Assembly: GCF_037042905.1 (NCBI RefSeq)
Contig: NC_087250.1
Coordinates: forward strand, 11,038,001-11,102,000
Reading direction: 5' to 3'
From: Lytechinus pictus
Lineage: Eukaryota
Length of the DNA: 64,000 nt
Numbering within the stretch: position 1 is the stretch's first letter; the number at the start of each line of letters is the position of its first letter. Positions 62,870 through 64,000 of this stretch are shown piece after piece. Under the pieces are notes generated by a model. The model was given only the letters and a program-made list of their open reading frames with translations. It did no database searches and had not been told where the DNA came from. A program made the translations under genes and the position numbers.

Positions 62870-64000
62870 ATGAATGATGACTCGATTTCTCTTCACCTTA
62901 TATCCCTGAATGTGAGAGGAATGCGGGATAAAAGGAAAAGAAGCAAAATTATATCGTAGCTTCGTGCACAAAAGACAGATATTGCTTGTTTACAAGAAAC
63001 TTACTGGACGAAAGAACTTGAACACGAGATTTCATCACAATGGAATGGTGCATGTTTTTTTAGTAATGGGTCTAACCACTCCAAAGGGGTTGCAATATTA
63101 TTAAGAAAGAAATTACCTCTAGAAATTGTAAACGTCTATGCCAGAAATGATGGAAGGACCGTTGCTCTTAAATTAATGTATAACAATTGTTGTTATTTAT
63201 TATTGAATGTTTATGCGCCAACAAAGTATTCTGATAAAGTCATATTTTTTAAAAACCTACTCCATTGGTTTAACGAAATTAAGAAACCTGGAGATATATT
63301 AATTTGTGGAGGTGATTGGAATACTACACAAACTTATTTAGATTCTCGTGGCACATCTCGAGTCTATAAACCACCCAATCATTTCAAGAAATTCATTCAA
63401 AAAAATGTATTGGTTGATGTTTGGAGGAAATTATATCCCACGAAGAAACAATTTACTTGGCGACAGAGGTTTTTGGTGTCTATTCTAGATTAGATTACTG
63501 GCTAATTTCAACAACACTATATCCTTCAATGTACAGCACTGATATACGCCCAGCACTTAAATGTGATCATAATGCCATTTCGCTAAAGTTGAATTTGAGT
63601 GGTATTGGGAAAGGCAAAGGTTATTGGAAAGTAAATAATTCACACTTACTAGAACAAGATTTTATAATCTGTATTAAACATGTGATTAATAAAGTAAAAA
63701 TGGAATTCATGAATGAAAGTCCACAGCTTATATGGGAAATGTGTAAAATTAAAATAAAAGAGGTCACTGTGAAATATTCTAAACAAAAACAAGAAGAAAG
63801 AAAATGTTATTATACAAAGTTACAAGATGATCTCAATAAACAGAGTGGAAAGGCTGATAAAAATCCAAACAAGAAATAAATTGATAAGTTAGAAACAATC
63901 AGAAATGAATTAGATAAACTTTACACATATAAGTGCAAAGGTGCGTATATTAGAGCTAGGGAGAAATGGATGGAGTCTGGCGAAAAGTCGTCCAAGTATT
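62870..64000 (+). pseudogene. Tx1/L1-clade LINE ORF2 N-terminus (APE endonuclease), disrupted and truncated by the window end
   Basis: The ATG at 62870 reads ...ISLNVRG..., with a TAG at 62957, then CLQETY, SKGVAIL, LNVYAP, GGDWN and DVWR. A frameshift near 63470 is followed by SRLDYWL, DHNAI and YWKVNNS, a stop at 63877, and GAYIRAREKWMESGEKSSKY. Confidence 0.9.

Overview
This is eukaryotic, repeat-dense DNA, probably from a marine invertebrate such as a sea urchin (inferred from repeat style only). I see no intact host gene, RNA gene or CRISPR array. From left to right: (1) A Tc1-type DD34E transposon (636-2947) rearranged into a ~1-kb-stem inverted repeat, with the junction falling exactly at the transposase ATG. 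(2) Small MITEs and a decayed LINE fragment. (3) A ~52-kb nest of non-autonomous DNA transposons (6259-58316), up to about nine levels deep, with most levels supported by TIRs and target-site duplications. (4) At the core of that nest, a foldback-like element (~10.0-54.9 kb) whose long inverted arms consist of a 387/401-bp tandem repeat. The left arm has expanded to ~74 monomers (~29 kb, with higher-order periods of 788, 1176, 1562, 3169 and 6656 bp), while the right arm has ~6. Each monomer carries a ~70-bp palindrome whose half-site also forms the element's outer right end. (5) A decayed L2-like LINE on the minus strand and a decayed Tx1/L1-clade LINE on the plus strand that runs off the window end. 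Most ORFs in the supplied track are artefacts of the satellite or of low-complexity DNA.
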